Below are positions 31,901-39,174 of a stretch of 57,742 nt of DNA, one piece after another. Made by a program: the position numbers and the translations under genes. Location: NCBI GenBank assembly GCA_020051845.1, contig JAGVQG010000057.1, positions 1 through 57,742 of the forward strand, given 5' to 3'. Within the stretch, counting starts at the first letter, position 1; every line of letters starts with the position of its first letter. This stretch comes from an archaeon (lineage in GTDB: Archaea > Nanobdellota > Nanobdellia > Woesearchaeales > ARS49). The notes under the pieces were generated by a model that saw only the letters and a program-made list of their open reading frames with translations, did not search any database and was not told where the DNA came from.

Positions 31901-34900
31901 CGTGTTTGCCTTTGCGCGGGCGTAGACATCGGTCCACTGTTGGTTTTCGTTGAGGCGCTGTGTGAATTCGTGGTCTGCCAGTCCCCAGGCAATCATGTTA
32001 TTATATTGTGTGTTGGCCTGGTAATTTGTTTCACGCGAGTTTTGCAGGCTCTTTATGAGATCGCCGTTCTTCTTCACGACATCGCTGTCGATGTATGCCG
32101 CATCTTTCTGGAGTTGTTTCGCCCTTGTGATGTCTTCATTCAGTTTGGGGTTTGCTTTGAGGTATTCTGGATCGTTGATGCGTGATAGGTCTATTCTCAT
32201 CGCTGCCAGTTCTGCCTTTGCTGCGACGGCTTTATCGTACTTCTGCAGGTCGATTTTCGCGATCTCTGCATTGGTCATGGCGTTCGTGACTGCTTGGTCT
32301 GACGCGGTGGCGGCCGATTTTGTGCTGTCGATGGCGTTGCCGCGTTGAGCGTATGCGTTCGCCATCGTTGTGCTTAGTTGCAATGACTTGATTGTGTTTT
32401 GCACTATCTCGTCGAGCTGTTCTTTGGTGTATGCGCTCTTGTAATTATCACGTATCAGGCTATCGACCGCGTTCTCCATAGCTTTCGTGTCGCCGGTATT
32501 GTCGAATTCTTTGGCGAGCACCAATAGTGCGGTCTTGTGTTCGTCATCCTTGTCTGATAGGACTTGCATGACGAGCGAAGCGTAGAGATTGTTGACTGCC
32601 TGCTGTCCGGCGTTTCCTTTTGCAAGGTCGGCGATTTCTTTCTTCTCGGAATAAGTATTCAATGTGTTGAATGCTTGTTCGTAGCTTCGGTCAAGAGATG
32701 CCTTGATGTCATTTTTGCGTTGGTCGATGGCCTTCTTTTCGTTGTCGTCTTTTGGCTTTGTTGAGTCAAGTTCTGTGATTGCTGCTAATGTGTCATAGGT
32801 GATGATTGTGAGTATGCCTTTTGTATTGGTGGCGTCCTGTCGCGCGGCGGCGTCTTGAAGCATTGTCTGCAAGGCGCCGATGTTCTGGTCGAGCAGGTGT
32901 TGGCGTTCCTCTGTCTTGAGCGCGTTCCATGCAGGGGTGTTCCTGACATTCTCGACGTTCTTCGTTATTGAGCTGGCTGCAGTCGCCGCGTTTGCTAGAT
33001 CTCCGATTCGCACATATGCATCTTTGATCTGTCCGAGCATTGTGTTCTGGTTCTGCTTACCTGCGCTCGCGTCGAAGATGAATGGCAGGGCGGTCTTTGC
33101 GCGGGTTATCAGATCGTTGCTGGCGGTATTGATCTCTCGCTGGGCAGCATCGATTGCGGCCTTGGCGTTGGATGCTTCCTGGGTGTTTTTCGCCGTGGCT
33201 AGTTGTTTCGTCGCTGCATTAAATTGGTTTATCGCGGTGGATGTCTTTGCTTCGTCTATGCGCAATCCGAGGCTTGCCAGGTCATAATTCTTCAGAGCGA
33301 AAGAATAATAGTCGAATCCTTTGAGCGGATCGAAGTCCTTGGCGACTGCCTGGTCTCTGTTCGCCGCCTGCGCTTTGGCCGCGGCTTCAGCAGCCGCGCC
33401 GGTATTTCCTTGTGCCAGGTATATTTGGGCCAGGGTTTCGTAGATGTCTGTTGGCGTTTGCCGTCCTTGTTGTTTGGCGATGAAATCCCTCAGTCCTTGG
33501 CCTGCGTTTTCGAGCATTTCCTTTGCGCGGGCCTGGTCTGCGGGGTTTGTCGAGCGTGAAAGGATGAATGCTTGTTGTGCCAAGTCGTTTGACTTGCGTT
33601 GTATGTCCCTCAGGGTCATCTCGAGCTTGGCGTCGTCGCTCAATTTTGCCCAGACATCTGGATTTTGCGCCTTCATTTCGTCAGCAGTGGCTCCTAGTCG
33701 AAGCATGAGATCATTCTTGTCTTGATCCGAAAGCGTAGCGCTTGTCGCGGATGATATGGCGACTGCTAGTGCATCTTTGTAAGCCTGCTCATTGCGCTTC
33801 GGGTCGTTGGCTATGGCACTTGCTGCCTCCACCAGGTATTGTGCACGGGCTCGCAAGAAATCAGGGTCAGTGTCGGATTGCACTTTGAGTTTTGATGCAA
33901 TGTTTTGGTACATGTCGGCGCGCGTCTTGGAATCGAGAGTGTTCTGCGCTTCGGCCGCGTCTATGGACGCCTCAATCAGACTGTAGACTGGTTGGTCTGA
34001 CTTCGGGAGCGCTGCTTTCGCTGCTTTGAAATCTTTGGCTTCAATGTACGTGCTGACAACGCCTTGAAGCGCTCGTTTGCTGTCCCCTCCTTTTGAGGCG
34101 TATTCATTGAATGCATTCACTGCATCGGCATATTTCCCTTCGGCACGGGCAGTGAGCGCGTTATAGAGCGACACTCTTGCGTCAGCCGGATCTTTGATCA
34201 TCTTCAGGAAGTCCTCGCCCAGGAAGCCCGTCGTCTGGCCTTGGGTGAGCACGCGTCCATAGATTGACGGTGTCTCTATGTTGCCTAACTGTGCGGCGGT
34301 TTGTTCCTTGGCTTTTGTGTATACTACCACACCAAATGCTTTTTGCAGCTCATCTTTAGTTGGTTCGCGATTTAGTTTTGCTTTTATTTCGTCGTATGCT
34401 TGTTGGGTGTATTCCGTCTTCTGGTGTTCTGTGAGCTTGCCCATGTAGTATGCTGTGAGCTCATCTGAGAGCTCTTTTGCTACGCGTTCGCCCTTGCTCC
34501 ATCCCTTCTCAAGGTCCTTGAGGACGTTGACGTTCGCTTCACCGTTCGTGTACTGGGTCTTGTAGAAATCGCCAAGCTTGCCGCTCTGTCCTGCTCCGAA
34601 CAACAGTACGTTCTCGCCTGTTATGCGCAGCACTTTACCGTCGCCATGGAAGACCTTGATGCTGTTGTCCATGGCCTTGGCAAGGTCGCGGCTGAAGGTG
34701 TAGTCTGAAGCGAGCAATCCCGTCTTGTCGTTGAGGACGCTCTGTAGCACTATATCATCGGTGCGCATTCTGGCTGTGTTCTTTTCGACGCCGTTCTCTG
34801 TGGTCTTGCTGAAGGTCTCTGTTGTGCTCAGTGCTTTTGCATTGGTGATCATTGATTTGTCTTGCGCGTTATTCGGGTCTAGTTGCTTTCCACTTGAGTC

Positions 34901-36991
34901 GTAATAGATGCCGTCTTTTAGGAATATTAGTGCGGGCTTGCCATTTACTGTTACTCCAAGCACTTGGCGTCCGTTCTTGTCCTGTATATCGAATTGCTGG
35001 TTGAATGTCAGATAATCTTGGTCATCTGCCGCTGAGCTGCCGACCAGGAAGTATCTTGTCGGATCCCGTGTCTTTTCTTTGGAGTCCGGTGGCGTGCTTC
35101 TGTATGCGAAATTGGCGCCTTTGCTCACGGAATCGACTTTCAATCCATCAGCAGTGAGTATGTGGCTGGGGCCGCTTCCCGCGATGTCTCCGTTGAGCCA
35201 GCCTCTTTCAGGATGGTAGAATCTTGACAAGAATATCTCGGGCTTGCTTGTGAGGTCCTGTTCCAGGCCGTTGAGTGTTTTCTTGTCGAGTTTTGTGTTG
35301 AACAGTTGCTGCAGGGTCATTCCTCCGCAGTTGATTGTGTCTCCTTGGGCAGAACAATCGTAACTCTTCGAGGTGATTGTGCCATCCGCCGCTCGTTCTG
35401 GTACTGTCACTTTTGATTTCTTGCCGTTCTTCAAATCCTCCTCGAGGCGATTTTGCACTGCCTGTAATCCTTCTTTTGCCGCTCGCACTGCTGCCAGGGC
35501 GTTTGCCTTGGCGTCGAGAAGCTCCCTGCCGTTCCCGGTCTGGAGATGATAGGTTACGGCTATTGGTCTGTTTTCCTTGTCTGCCGCTCCTGTGATTAGT
35601 TTGTATCCTGCGATGATCGCGTTGGCTCCTGTCCCGGTGAGCGTGAAATCGGTCATTTCCTGTGCGTTGTTCTTTATCTGCGTCACGAACGACCAGCTGT
35701 TTTCTTTGGTTGAATGGAAGCGGTCATCTGTCGGATGCTCTCCTGATCCTTTTACGACTGCGTCCACGTAGTCCTTTCCGGAGTAACTGAAGCCGGTCGC
35801 GGTCTGGGCTATTGATAGCGTTCCGTCAAAGATCTTGAATTGGTTGTCTCTGTGTGTGACAAGTATTGGTTTGTTGGCGTTTTCCGCCGTGCTCTTCACA
35901 TCGATGGCATCCCCTTCAAGGGTCTTTCGTCGGTAGATGTCGATGGAGCCGGCACCTTCTATTATTACCTTGTCGGTTCCGATATTTGCTTCGATTTTCC
36001 CGTTCTGCAGGTGTGTGATTGACACTACTCCTTGGTCTGTGAGTTCTTTTATCTCGTGGACCGTTCCTTTGAACAGCGACGAGCAGATTGTGCCGGAACA
36101 ATAGTTGATGTTTCCATTCGCATCCATTGCCATGCTGTTGAAGACCTCATTGCCGAAGATGTAGATTGGGGGGTGGCCTTCGCGCAATATCACAAATCCT
36201 TGTTCCTTGCCTTCGAAATTTCCGACCACGTCCTTTCCAACAGGTTGTAGCAGGCGCACTTTATTGAGTCCTGTCATCTCAAGCCCTTGTGGTGGAGTCG
36301 CGCCTTTTGAGCAGTCGTTGAAGGCGGCATTGCACAGGTATGCCTTGCCGTCTGGAGTTGTGAGGAACACTATGTCGGTCGAACCGATCAGGTTCACATC
36401 GGTGTTCGCGAGGTTTGGGAATATCTTCTTCAATGCAGCGTTCGCGGCAGCAGGATCAAGACCTGAGAGTCCGGGTTTCTCGCCCGCGATCGCGTTGAGG
36501 ACTGCGGCGTTGCCGAGCTGATCGACAGTCATCAATTTCTTCATTTCTTGCGGTAGTTTGGAAAGAGTTTCTGGGCTTGTCGTAGCCAGGTGTTGTATTT
36601 GTTCAGCCGTGACTTGCTTCACTAGCGTCGGGTCACCTTCCATGATTTTCATCACTTCGACGAGCTGTTGTGTGTTCGGTCTGCCTTGGTACATCCCTAA
36701 TTGTGCGATTATCTTCGGGTTTGATTTAGCAAGGGCCTGTATATCGGAGAGTTTCATGGATTTGATCTGGTCAGCAGTGACCGATATTTTGTCTATTACT
36801 CCCTTGTAGGCTAGAGGTTGGTCAGGGCAGAAAGTGCTGGCGCAGTCTTTTACGGGCTGTGCGGACGGTTGTGCTGGTTGTGATCCGGTGCTGCCTGTTG
36901 ATGGGTTTTGCGCGAACGCAACAGGGAAGCTGCTGATGATAAGCATGATCGTTAGGACGATGCTTGCCAGTCCGCGTGTTGTCTCGTTCAT
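19910..36991 (-). CDS. Giant 5693-aa secreted multi-domain protein
   Basis: Uninterrupted 17-kb ORF; signal peptide (VAFA|Q); TPR-like helices; hydrophobic segment; CCA/PAP-like NTase, two FHA, HExxE and PP2C-like motifs. Confidence 0.92.
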   Translation of the reverse strand: MNETTRGLASIVLTIMLIISSFPVAFAQNPSTGSTGSQPAQPSAQPVKDCASTFCPDQPLAYKGVIDKISVTADQIKSMKLSDIQALAKSNPKIIAQLGMYQGRPNTQQLVEVMKIMEGDPTLVKQVTAEQIQHLATTSPETLSKLPQEMKKLMTVDQLGNAAVLNAIAGEKPGLSGLDPAAANAALKKIFPNLANTDVNLIGSTDIVFLTTPDGKAYLCNAAFNDCSKGATPPQGLEMTGLNKVRLLQPVGKDVVGNFEGKEQGFVILREGHPPIYIFGNEVFNSMAMDANGNINYCSGTICSSLFKGTVHEIKELTDQGVVSITHLQNGKIEANIGTDKVIIEGAGSIDIYRRKTLEGDAIDVKSTAENANKPILVTHRDNQFKIFDGTLSIAQTATGFSYSGKDYVDAVVKGSGEHPTDDRFHSTKENSWSFVTQIKNNAQEMTDFTLTGTGANAIIAGYKLITGAADKENRPIAVTYHLQTGNGRELLDAKANALAAVRAAKEGLQAVQNRLEEDLKNGKKSKVTVPERAADGTITSKSYDCSAQGDTINCGGMTLQQLFNTKLDKKTLNGLEQDLTSKPEIFLSRFYHPERGWLNGDIAGSGPSHILTADGLKVDSVSKGANFAYRSTPPDSKEKTRDPTRYFLVGSSAADDQDYLTFNQQFDIQDKNGRQVLGVTVNGKPALIFLKDGIYYDSSGKQLDPNNAQDKSMITNAKALSTTETFSKTTENGVEKNTARMRTDDIVLQSVLNDKTGLLASDYTFSRDLAKAMDNSIKVFHGDGKVLRITGENVLLFGAGQSGKLGDFYKTQYTNGEANVNVLKDLEKGWSKGERVAKELSDELTAYYMGKLTEHQKTEYTQQAYDEIKAKLNREPTKDELQKAFGVVVYTKAKEQTAAQLGNIETPSIYGRVLTQGQTTGFLGEDFLKMIKDPADARVSLYNALTARAEGKYADAVNAFNEYASKGGDSKRALQGVVSTYIEAKDFKAAKAALPKSDQPVYSLIEASIDAAEAQNTLDSKTRADMYQNIASKLKVQSDTDPDFLRARAQYLVEAASAIANDPKRNEQAYKDALAVAISSATSATLSDQDKNDLMLRLGATADEMKAQNPDVWAKLSDDAKLEMTLRDIQRKSNDLAQQAFILSRSTNPADQARAKEMLENAGQGLRDFIAKQQGRQTPTDIYETLAQIYLAQGNTGAAAEAAAKAQAANRDQAVAKDFDPLKGFDYYSFALKNYDLASLGLRIDEAKTSTAINQFNAATKQLATAKNTQEASNAKAAIDAAQREINTASNDLITRAKTALPFIFDASAGKQNQNTMLGQIKDAYVRIGDLANAATAASSITKNVENVRNTPAWNALKTEERQHLLDQNIGALQTMLQDAAARQDATNTKGILTIITYDTLAAITELDSTKPKDDNEKKAIDQRKNDIKASLDRSYEQAFNTLNTYSEKKEIADLAKGNAGQQAVNNLYASLVMQVLSDKDDEHKTALLVLAKEFDNTGDTKAMENAVDSLIRDNYKSAYTKEQLDEIVQNTIKSLQLSTTMANAYAQRGNAIDSTKSAATASDQAVTNAMTNAEIAKIDLQKYDKAVAAKAELAAMRIDLSRINDPEYLKANPKLNEDITRAKQLQKDAAYIDSDVVKKNGDLIKSLQNSRETNYQANTQYNNMIAWGLADHEFTQRLNENQQWTDVYARAKANTLTENDKSFLTRQGVKPESIDLLEQISDLRSLSIDNVALAGRKDKMAEAQYNQVEATRIGLGRPSTTATELDRLLKIRAGQQDLLKSAKYAIQTGNEAIDTRIKTLQDRLSRTTDANEKIFLSERIDKLKADSGQFTDYQKTLEQQITNQENIVKATTTALADIQGRKGSDNLDIRAQEERIRLLSGLSLAERGKLGQNANVPDLIKTAVNDLDTVKTENKRAIVSSFSALMIDTDSRLKTWVDQAPSMSTKDYVDKQAENSKDMQLMALRAKIIMNGDPSLALAFAQDQAYNQRKYGTALKSDYDNQHTQEWVATVRNAADQVLETDFKKAANMESYRAIKNGATGELLESQMAQFVQKHPSFSMQSQNMAGTNLQDYAFNRAQVEIKQQLETSIDENIAKGMRDLMDKGTRYDDAAKAMTKALQNDNDVKSLNELTGKRMATARSGQDLMNAYLSDGTTTTRDSDFAFVQQSKILAEIKTGMDRLQTQQKTMPQENYVNSVAAYKKQLDSIIGNRNTNDIMALNAGAAATDLEGNYARYLVEHRLEGSYLSKSNRLVTQAVNGNFNEYTDSSLATAKTNVARGLVMSLVAAQGINNLDEGLKQNAIKQGVITEDKKAGTLSINREYIKNAAVHVDANIEYGLKENWMDTYLGDQTLVLSLATMGLGTSVMGGAKAVQAINWLSTGVRAGARPAVQFLARTAIFEGVNQAAQYGGGLAINTMDMAYNGKITNAQSWKDNLGITTLSERGVLGTSIAAANAYSTSLAFFGAGSISHSAAASFGNGVRSFVQGSLNSGQTIGKLAEFVGKEAITQTAMLVPAVVPEVTSAWLKGEKIDIESIAGHALVGGVTFAIGTRGMEAAAARTTGRILGRTVPEITQRASQERATALQDATFATQAVERRLAEPQKIAYEAKVKDALEPLTAQRDAAIKKLGSLTAGTKNQAESEINAQYAAAETKARANVLAEVVGEGKTQKTINAALDKVQGNDNLISAVQRMNEAAAERAKATGVLTPEEVKAGMKSPGLDATAFKLANLKHTQAAIEVVDQQRRLGMITTGTAESMVRSIAETGGVIDRAVSEVIPKAQNAIHAAQFIETNKATLLPEAAKTIREKAASDLTAALGSFSESMANAEGGALSRTKTYYEALGKLAKEVERQQKEGINDQSKIAPLVQELQRQQAAASATPLDAESAADAQQVANAVVASIKNNGDVNLEPYARAETAAQILQDATTKARSETAKPATAELIRFTGDPEFVKAQQEYQEQQSNTPPTDLKIKTMTTEQVQKYELYKRAMVEQELNNRFAQVLAGGKPFRDAGVNAEVARRLAAGETLPAELMNELRLEISRDSAEVKKAAFDYVQSAGQAQVATVASIVGENLAAQAIVRSNLAESAKAVEAAAQPAAVPAAPATPAVAQPAVRPTPVEVTPAPPKIVPLFGEPRSGEALRIAAREMTEGSALEVRRQGKDAQQAEFISVDATGINVRLRNTDGSYLRNADGSVITEKIMFDDTTAQVRREAPAQAEALSLPAKPFTEQTRNEQSIVSESGRAVTIKVDEAVSSVFDYANKLGINVQIAGGNAEKALRGAKPTAGEGRDLDIGIPSEAALAVVKLQDAPLTESAKQMLAEQARLGRNLGPQQEKLLANMQMILDAGGSGVRLDVVAVDGKYSPDIAFIQGLSRTRNLIGSDGRISTPDSFVSDAQQNRFVIPETNLPQRHEFPLRFVRSVTTIEGYKPVEADYKAAMDAIKGNKDLDRIGSTFPTDRAVTVKQLLKLATDTLHPEIADRMMTEMGLYKYLDKSGFDPKGPSIQRNLELNLKEIFAGDNLVKLRERFTENGKVDNDRLSTALQGVMEGKLTLSEALNNKIPTSQEYANMVGQSTTNGKVDESVLAQTFIEATKAGAPAAPQAAPIETGKPVAPAQQAPVAPETTNKVTPTAEEAANLRQYLPPRTSITDITVLPTGETIVQLEQSSLLGSRTSKTLTLDTNRVYTLENGRTLSVVDGKLQLNDAVVKPTSTVEGGIFGSKMQESMHIKDSKGTITTPVTVSLRTTDQGTLLVKTTQPRGILPRIFSLGLLGKSIETQRTMAVGDVMRLSDGKVLRVEKVNIKDENGEIIGQSTQAQIMPFYPRYLTKLGIPTDIAITAATVTATGMLTPLAFLNLVPLKRIYTGINQLVKYTPSDWVELSSLRSSDRGNKVGTPIDLTKARAAAEAIAKPVAEKPAITPPESVTPAPVVKVPEPVVKPEAPATAKPAPVEAKPVVPEPIAQPEAQPRPQPVVTPAAPTTKVRTTIDTVNKELANQIRLPAGEGVKSITMFESAVDTVAKVDIAREGGTDTYYLVSGLGYTRRIANTDITMRYEGDNLYFERDATSFGSTRLAQLFGKQNTRLAIIDRETIQTAQDIAQQSPKPAAQTPAPAVKLPVAQNEIIARDLDQEYTLQNVVNMIESKGIMGHIIYSNLAPEIRAQVQSQLSAGAKKTLDAYLFIYEQKAFSDAVKNNPEVNQKITDRKNSDKLEKQRLEVLDIGADKNLWAQGTEIEKGGLSNIIRIMIEGEIIQGQFGQLANGDTTTTAGPHGPFYIVVDTNPVKGNPSDIANHKAYVVPEAIDRIALREMLNKAQTAGLIDKPNADSISRRIVTYDEFITGQGDIPKTIELAESKAQKPAAPESVVPAVKVPLTAKDRLAQSLDSGLKQGKRFDSVAVDLDGIVWIKTYEGKIEGFGDMYGFQRLERMNIVQEGPVKTKTVLGDERIIGNNKIVRIVETDGQNRVVADRIEVTPREGGEKTIVEVKELPIGNIFGGPAAQPAVAEPPVQIVAGPAVETARKITIAGKTVILRPGERLVIGRDKALETENPNNFIIGDMTVSGRHAEVFIENGVVMIQDIGSKNGVRVNGQNIGFKAAPLTTDTQIGFAKNVVISLGAEISAPAAKPKGGVVIRVNDGKQLSLNEGEKIILGRRSEAGDPKRLQIANEGQLKISRDQLEIVFQNGLVKIKNVGTNSIEVGSQNIQPTKEVNLKPSQLQGLKIGSKEFISAEYGNKGAYLGSLEVIERAVGKESVESTAETNKEASEVIPKVLSAVNTIELPKLPVRGLQDPAIAAEVKISVQSTRTAGDPVLDPATRREIGINTITGRPIYEVVIIRENIDAFTTMITDRVAANPAQKAQLEKMILTHELSEAAALNHGFSPTRAHEIGLLAEADFISTIPPTDRTVLREAWRVRQELERATNPELYENSPNTPQDVIAAAQRQAFPAGIEKTVVENTAATREFVSGNAYERAVLAATEIITRQRIAEWVNNPLTAPDALHATTALRGEQQKAAIRNIVNELRITTREEVLQGKQGILQELQTRIESTDYTAQDHTKSALLTEQVQMRLETIMGEETRTPTVFIRETLVPAAKETEEINIVIGGQRKTLTLNDAVKRLEKLRGEPELVEADIMVEALTRHIETFSTTQDSAVQTSVEIAKRAVSDFANSLVTEATKKDPATLPGGRITYEELAQAKSMEASRLEDLPADVQAVAKAIGVKDVGLWLQQLQTFGGDTVSARTFKDVNGQDTISFEFSDQKNHGTEAAALRAYTSRMRRYALQDLALKLEAQKRTTVENTLGKPITSATYAELEIALSPVMGRNELLKQMATIVSKANMKSLPGHFMSGVVLDVNSQSATAHMFGYDISTISRVNGKLLFNPSAAKGGTVVGVVGNVKSVELPTNGLEAVVLRNDGIAESTDLTRTKMFKTMDLRTPAEVQKTLQSEIQIKISELNALTEKAMQPGSPEIVELARKVRARMERAGASQSDIAKINDFIQRQLPEKLKSFDARLQEVLDKGAVPSAKEMIELGKKVSNDYTEVEAMREQFNKIVTEEAYLPKKANNILTKSWESTKAAVDSAIRWIDNTFIGSAARRQSAELLSEYKTIEDGSIKRIYNDDMSLAFVRLERPGNAQPPAAAQESTIAEQAQKASLSASKSKASPKDADLTRDVTTRSTEPIVKITEALRDIEAAKLACRT

Positions 36992-37944
36992 GTTATTTGT
37001 ATTGGGATATTAATCTTCCAGGTCGCTTCTTTGTTGTCTGTTATAGTGACGATTGCTTCATATGTTCCTTCGGAAGCAGCGGTTACGGTCAGTGTGCCGT
37101 CTTGCTCTATCGTCGAGAACGGGCTGTCGACGGAGTAGGTTATCGGGTCGCCGTCAGGATCGCTACCTTCGATTTTCACGGTCCTTCTGTCGTCCGTGTG
37201 CATCACGAGGCTTACGGGTGATGGTGCATATGGTGGATTATTAGGGGTCAATATTACAGCGAAGGCGAAGGTCGCGGATCCTCTGTTGAGTCTGAAGAGG
37301 ATGGTGCCAGGACCTTGTGTCAGATATGTGATATTCGAGCCAAGAGATTCATGCATTCCTAGGTCTATGGCGTCATCGGTTATTGATGCAGCTACTGTCG
37401 CGGCATCGTCCCTTAGTTCGAGAAGTGGGAAGTTGTCCGCCGCGGTCATTTGTGTTATCTGCTGTGTGAAGTTGCCTTTCGATATCGTCATGTCCCATGT
37501 GAGGGTCGCCGTTACTTTGCCTGGTTTTGCGTCGACCGTGACTTGAGGCGAGTCTCGTCTTTCGACGTTGAATCCAAGTGCCTGTATTTTTTGGGGGTCT
37601 GCGCAGATCGTCAATAGTTTGACCGTGAGTCCTGCGATGTCTGGAGTTATTGAGTCAATTGGTGGGACAGAATCTCCTTGGGCGTCTCGTTCAATCACGA
37701 CAAACTCTGTTCCTATGTCGATCGCGTTGGTGGGCCTTACGGCATATCCGCCAGTGCCTGCGACGAACGTGATTGCGTCGTGTAGTGATGTCTCGAGGCA
37801 GGATTGTATGAGGCTTCTCGCCATTCCTGTGTCAACAACCACCGGTTTTGGCGCGCTAGTCTGAAGCATTAACACGAACGCGACCGTTATCACCACAAGC
37901 AGTCCGATTATCATGAATATCGTGAGTTGCGCGCGTCGTTTCAT
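36988..37944 (-). CDS. Class III signal peptide (pilin-like) protein with C-terminal cadherin/Ig-like domain
   Basis: MKRRA|QLTIFMIIG; C-terminal N.PP...DPDGDPITYS...VTITD; ATGA-coupled to the giant gene. Confidence 0.8.
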   Translation of the reverse strand: MKRRAQLTIFMIIGLLVVITVAFVLMLQTSAPKPVVVDTGMARSLIQSCLETSLHDAITFVAGTGGYAVRPTNAIDIGTEFVVIERDAQGDSVPPIDSITPDIAGLTVKLLTICADPQKIQALGFNVERRDSPQVTVDAKPGKVTATLTWDMTISKGNFTQQITQMTAADNFPLLELRDDAATVAASITDDAIDLGMHESLGSNITYLTQGPGTILFRLNRGSATFAFAVILTPNNPPYAPSPVSLVMHTDDRRTVKIEGSDPDGDPITYSVDSPFSTIEQDGTLTVTAASEGTYEAIVTITDNKEATWKINIPIQIT

Positions 37945-38426
37945 GGTTGGCTCCTGTGGGTGTAGAAGTATTCCGCTCCTCGCAGCGGTATGGCGTCGCT
38001 CATCGAGGGTGTTATTGCTGTTGTGAGATGCACTTCGACCCCACGTACAGTCATTGTCCCCTCGTAATGAGTTATCGCTGTGAGATTTCCGTCTTTGTAC
38101 AGTATCGTTTGCGCGCTGGCAAGATGGGCGTCAGTGGCCAATTCGTTCATTTGTTTGATTAAAGGGTCCGCGGCGCGTTCAGACGCCACGACGCATAAAA
38201 GTGCTACGCAGAGATTGTTCTTGAGGTTTGGGGTTACGGTTATGCTTGGTCCTATGTGCTCGGTCAATAGCACACCTTTCTTTGCGAGATCGTGGACGTG
38301 CTTGTTGGTCCACCCGTAACTGAGGTTTATTTTTGCGGAGAGCTGTCGTATGGTTATGGGTCTGGGTAGATGTTCGAAATGGCGTATTATGGGATAGCCG
38401 CTAAGGGGTCCCTCTTTTATGCGCAT
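37941..38426 (-). CDS. Winged-HTH transcriptional regulator
   Basis: TIRQLSAKINLSYGWTNKHVHDLAKKGVL; first gene of the giant-protein operon. Confidence 0.75.
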   Translation of the reverse strand: MRIKEGPLSGYPIIRHFEHLPRPITIRQLSAKINLSYGWTNKHVHDLAKKGVLLTEHIGPSITVTPNLKNNLCVALLCVVASERAADPLIKQMNELATDAHLASAQTILYKDGNLTAITHYEGTMTVRGVEVHLTTAITPSMSDAIPLRGAEYFYTHRSQP

Positions 38427-38428
38427 AG

Positions 38429-38536
38429 TTGATTGTTATCAAATTATTAGTATATATATCTTTGCATTAGACTTATATTAATCTATATTATGATAACATA
38501 ATCAAAAAAATATTAGCATTATCATATTTTTGATAA
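38429..38536. promoter_or_regulatory. AT-rich promoter with TGATAA/TTATCA operator array
   Basis: TTGAT-tgtt-ATCAA (38429-38442), TGATAACATAATCAA (38491-38505), TTATCA-N6-TGATAA (38519-38536) around a TATA tract. Confidence 0.55.
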
Positions 38537-38574
38537 TAACATGGTGTTTATGACCCTGCTTTTCTGCGGGTTCT

Positions 38575-39174
38575 TCACTCTATATTGCGGGTGTCAACGT
38601 AGCTCAGAAGTGTCATAACCGTCACGATTCCCCATAGGTTGAAGAAAGTGGCCACAAAATATGTCACAGGGGCTTCTGCGATAACAGCCAACAATGTGAG
38701 TGTGAAGAACATGAGGTTAATGATCACCGCCATCAACCAGCGTGTCGCGTATTCTTTTTTGAGACCGATAGATATCACTTTCCGAGGGTTCAATGCAGAG
38801 CGCGCTTTTTGGGCTCTGCTAAGGATGAGGAATGCTGCTGGCACGAAATATGCTGCGCATAAGAATATAATTCCGATTAGCAGCATTGGCATCCGCATTG
38901 CGAGTAGCGAGTCTGCAAAAAAGGTGTATGCTGCAACAAGCACCAAGAAAGGTATCGCGAACCACTCAACAAGTATCATCAACGCGAACAAGGTGTGCAA
39001 AAGTAGTCTTCTGATTGGGGTGCGTGGTATTCCTGCATCTGCTTCAGTCATGCAGGATATGCCCAAACCCAGGAGAAGCGGGCTCAAAAGGGGGATGCTC
39101 GAGACTAGCCACCACAGTAGCAGGCGCAGCGGCCTGCGGAAAGGACGCGTCAATGCGGTTAGTAGGGATATCAT
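38575..39174 (-). CDS. Multi-pass membrane protein (DUF4013-like)
   Basis: AL..PF....LL, IP......LG, Y.VPAA, A.NP..VI pattern; several TM helices; ATGA-coupled. Confidence 0.6.
   Translation of the reverse strand: MISLLTALTRPFRRPLRLLLWWLVSSIPLLSPLLLGLGISCMTEADAGIPRTPIRRLLLHTLFALMILVEWFAIPFLVLVAAYTFFADSLLAMRMPMLLIGIIFLCAAYFVPAAFLILSRAQKARSALNPRKVISIGLKKEYATRWLMAVIINLMFFTLTLLAVIAEAPVTYFVATFFNLWGIVTVMTLLSYVDTRNIE

Noticed and set aside
20412-36809. Many long plus-strand ORFs (e.g. 22527..23933, 25566..26531) opposite the giant gene
   Set aside because: Ser/Val/Phe-rich antisense shadows with no motifs; the minus-strand frame carries all recognisable domains
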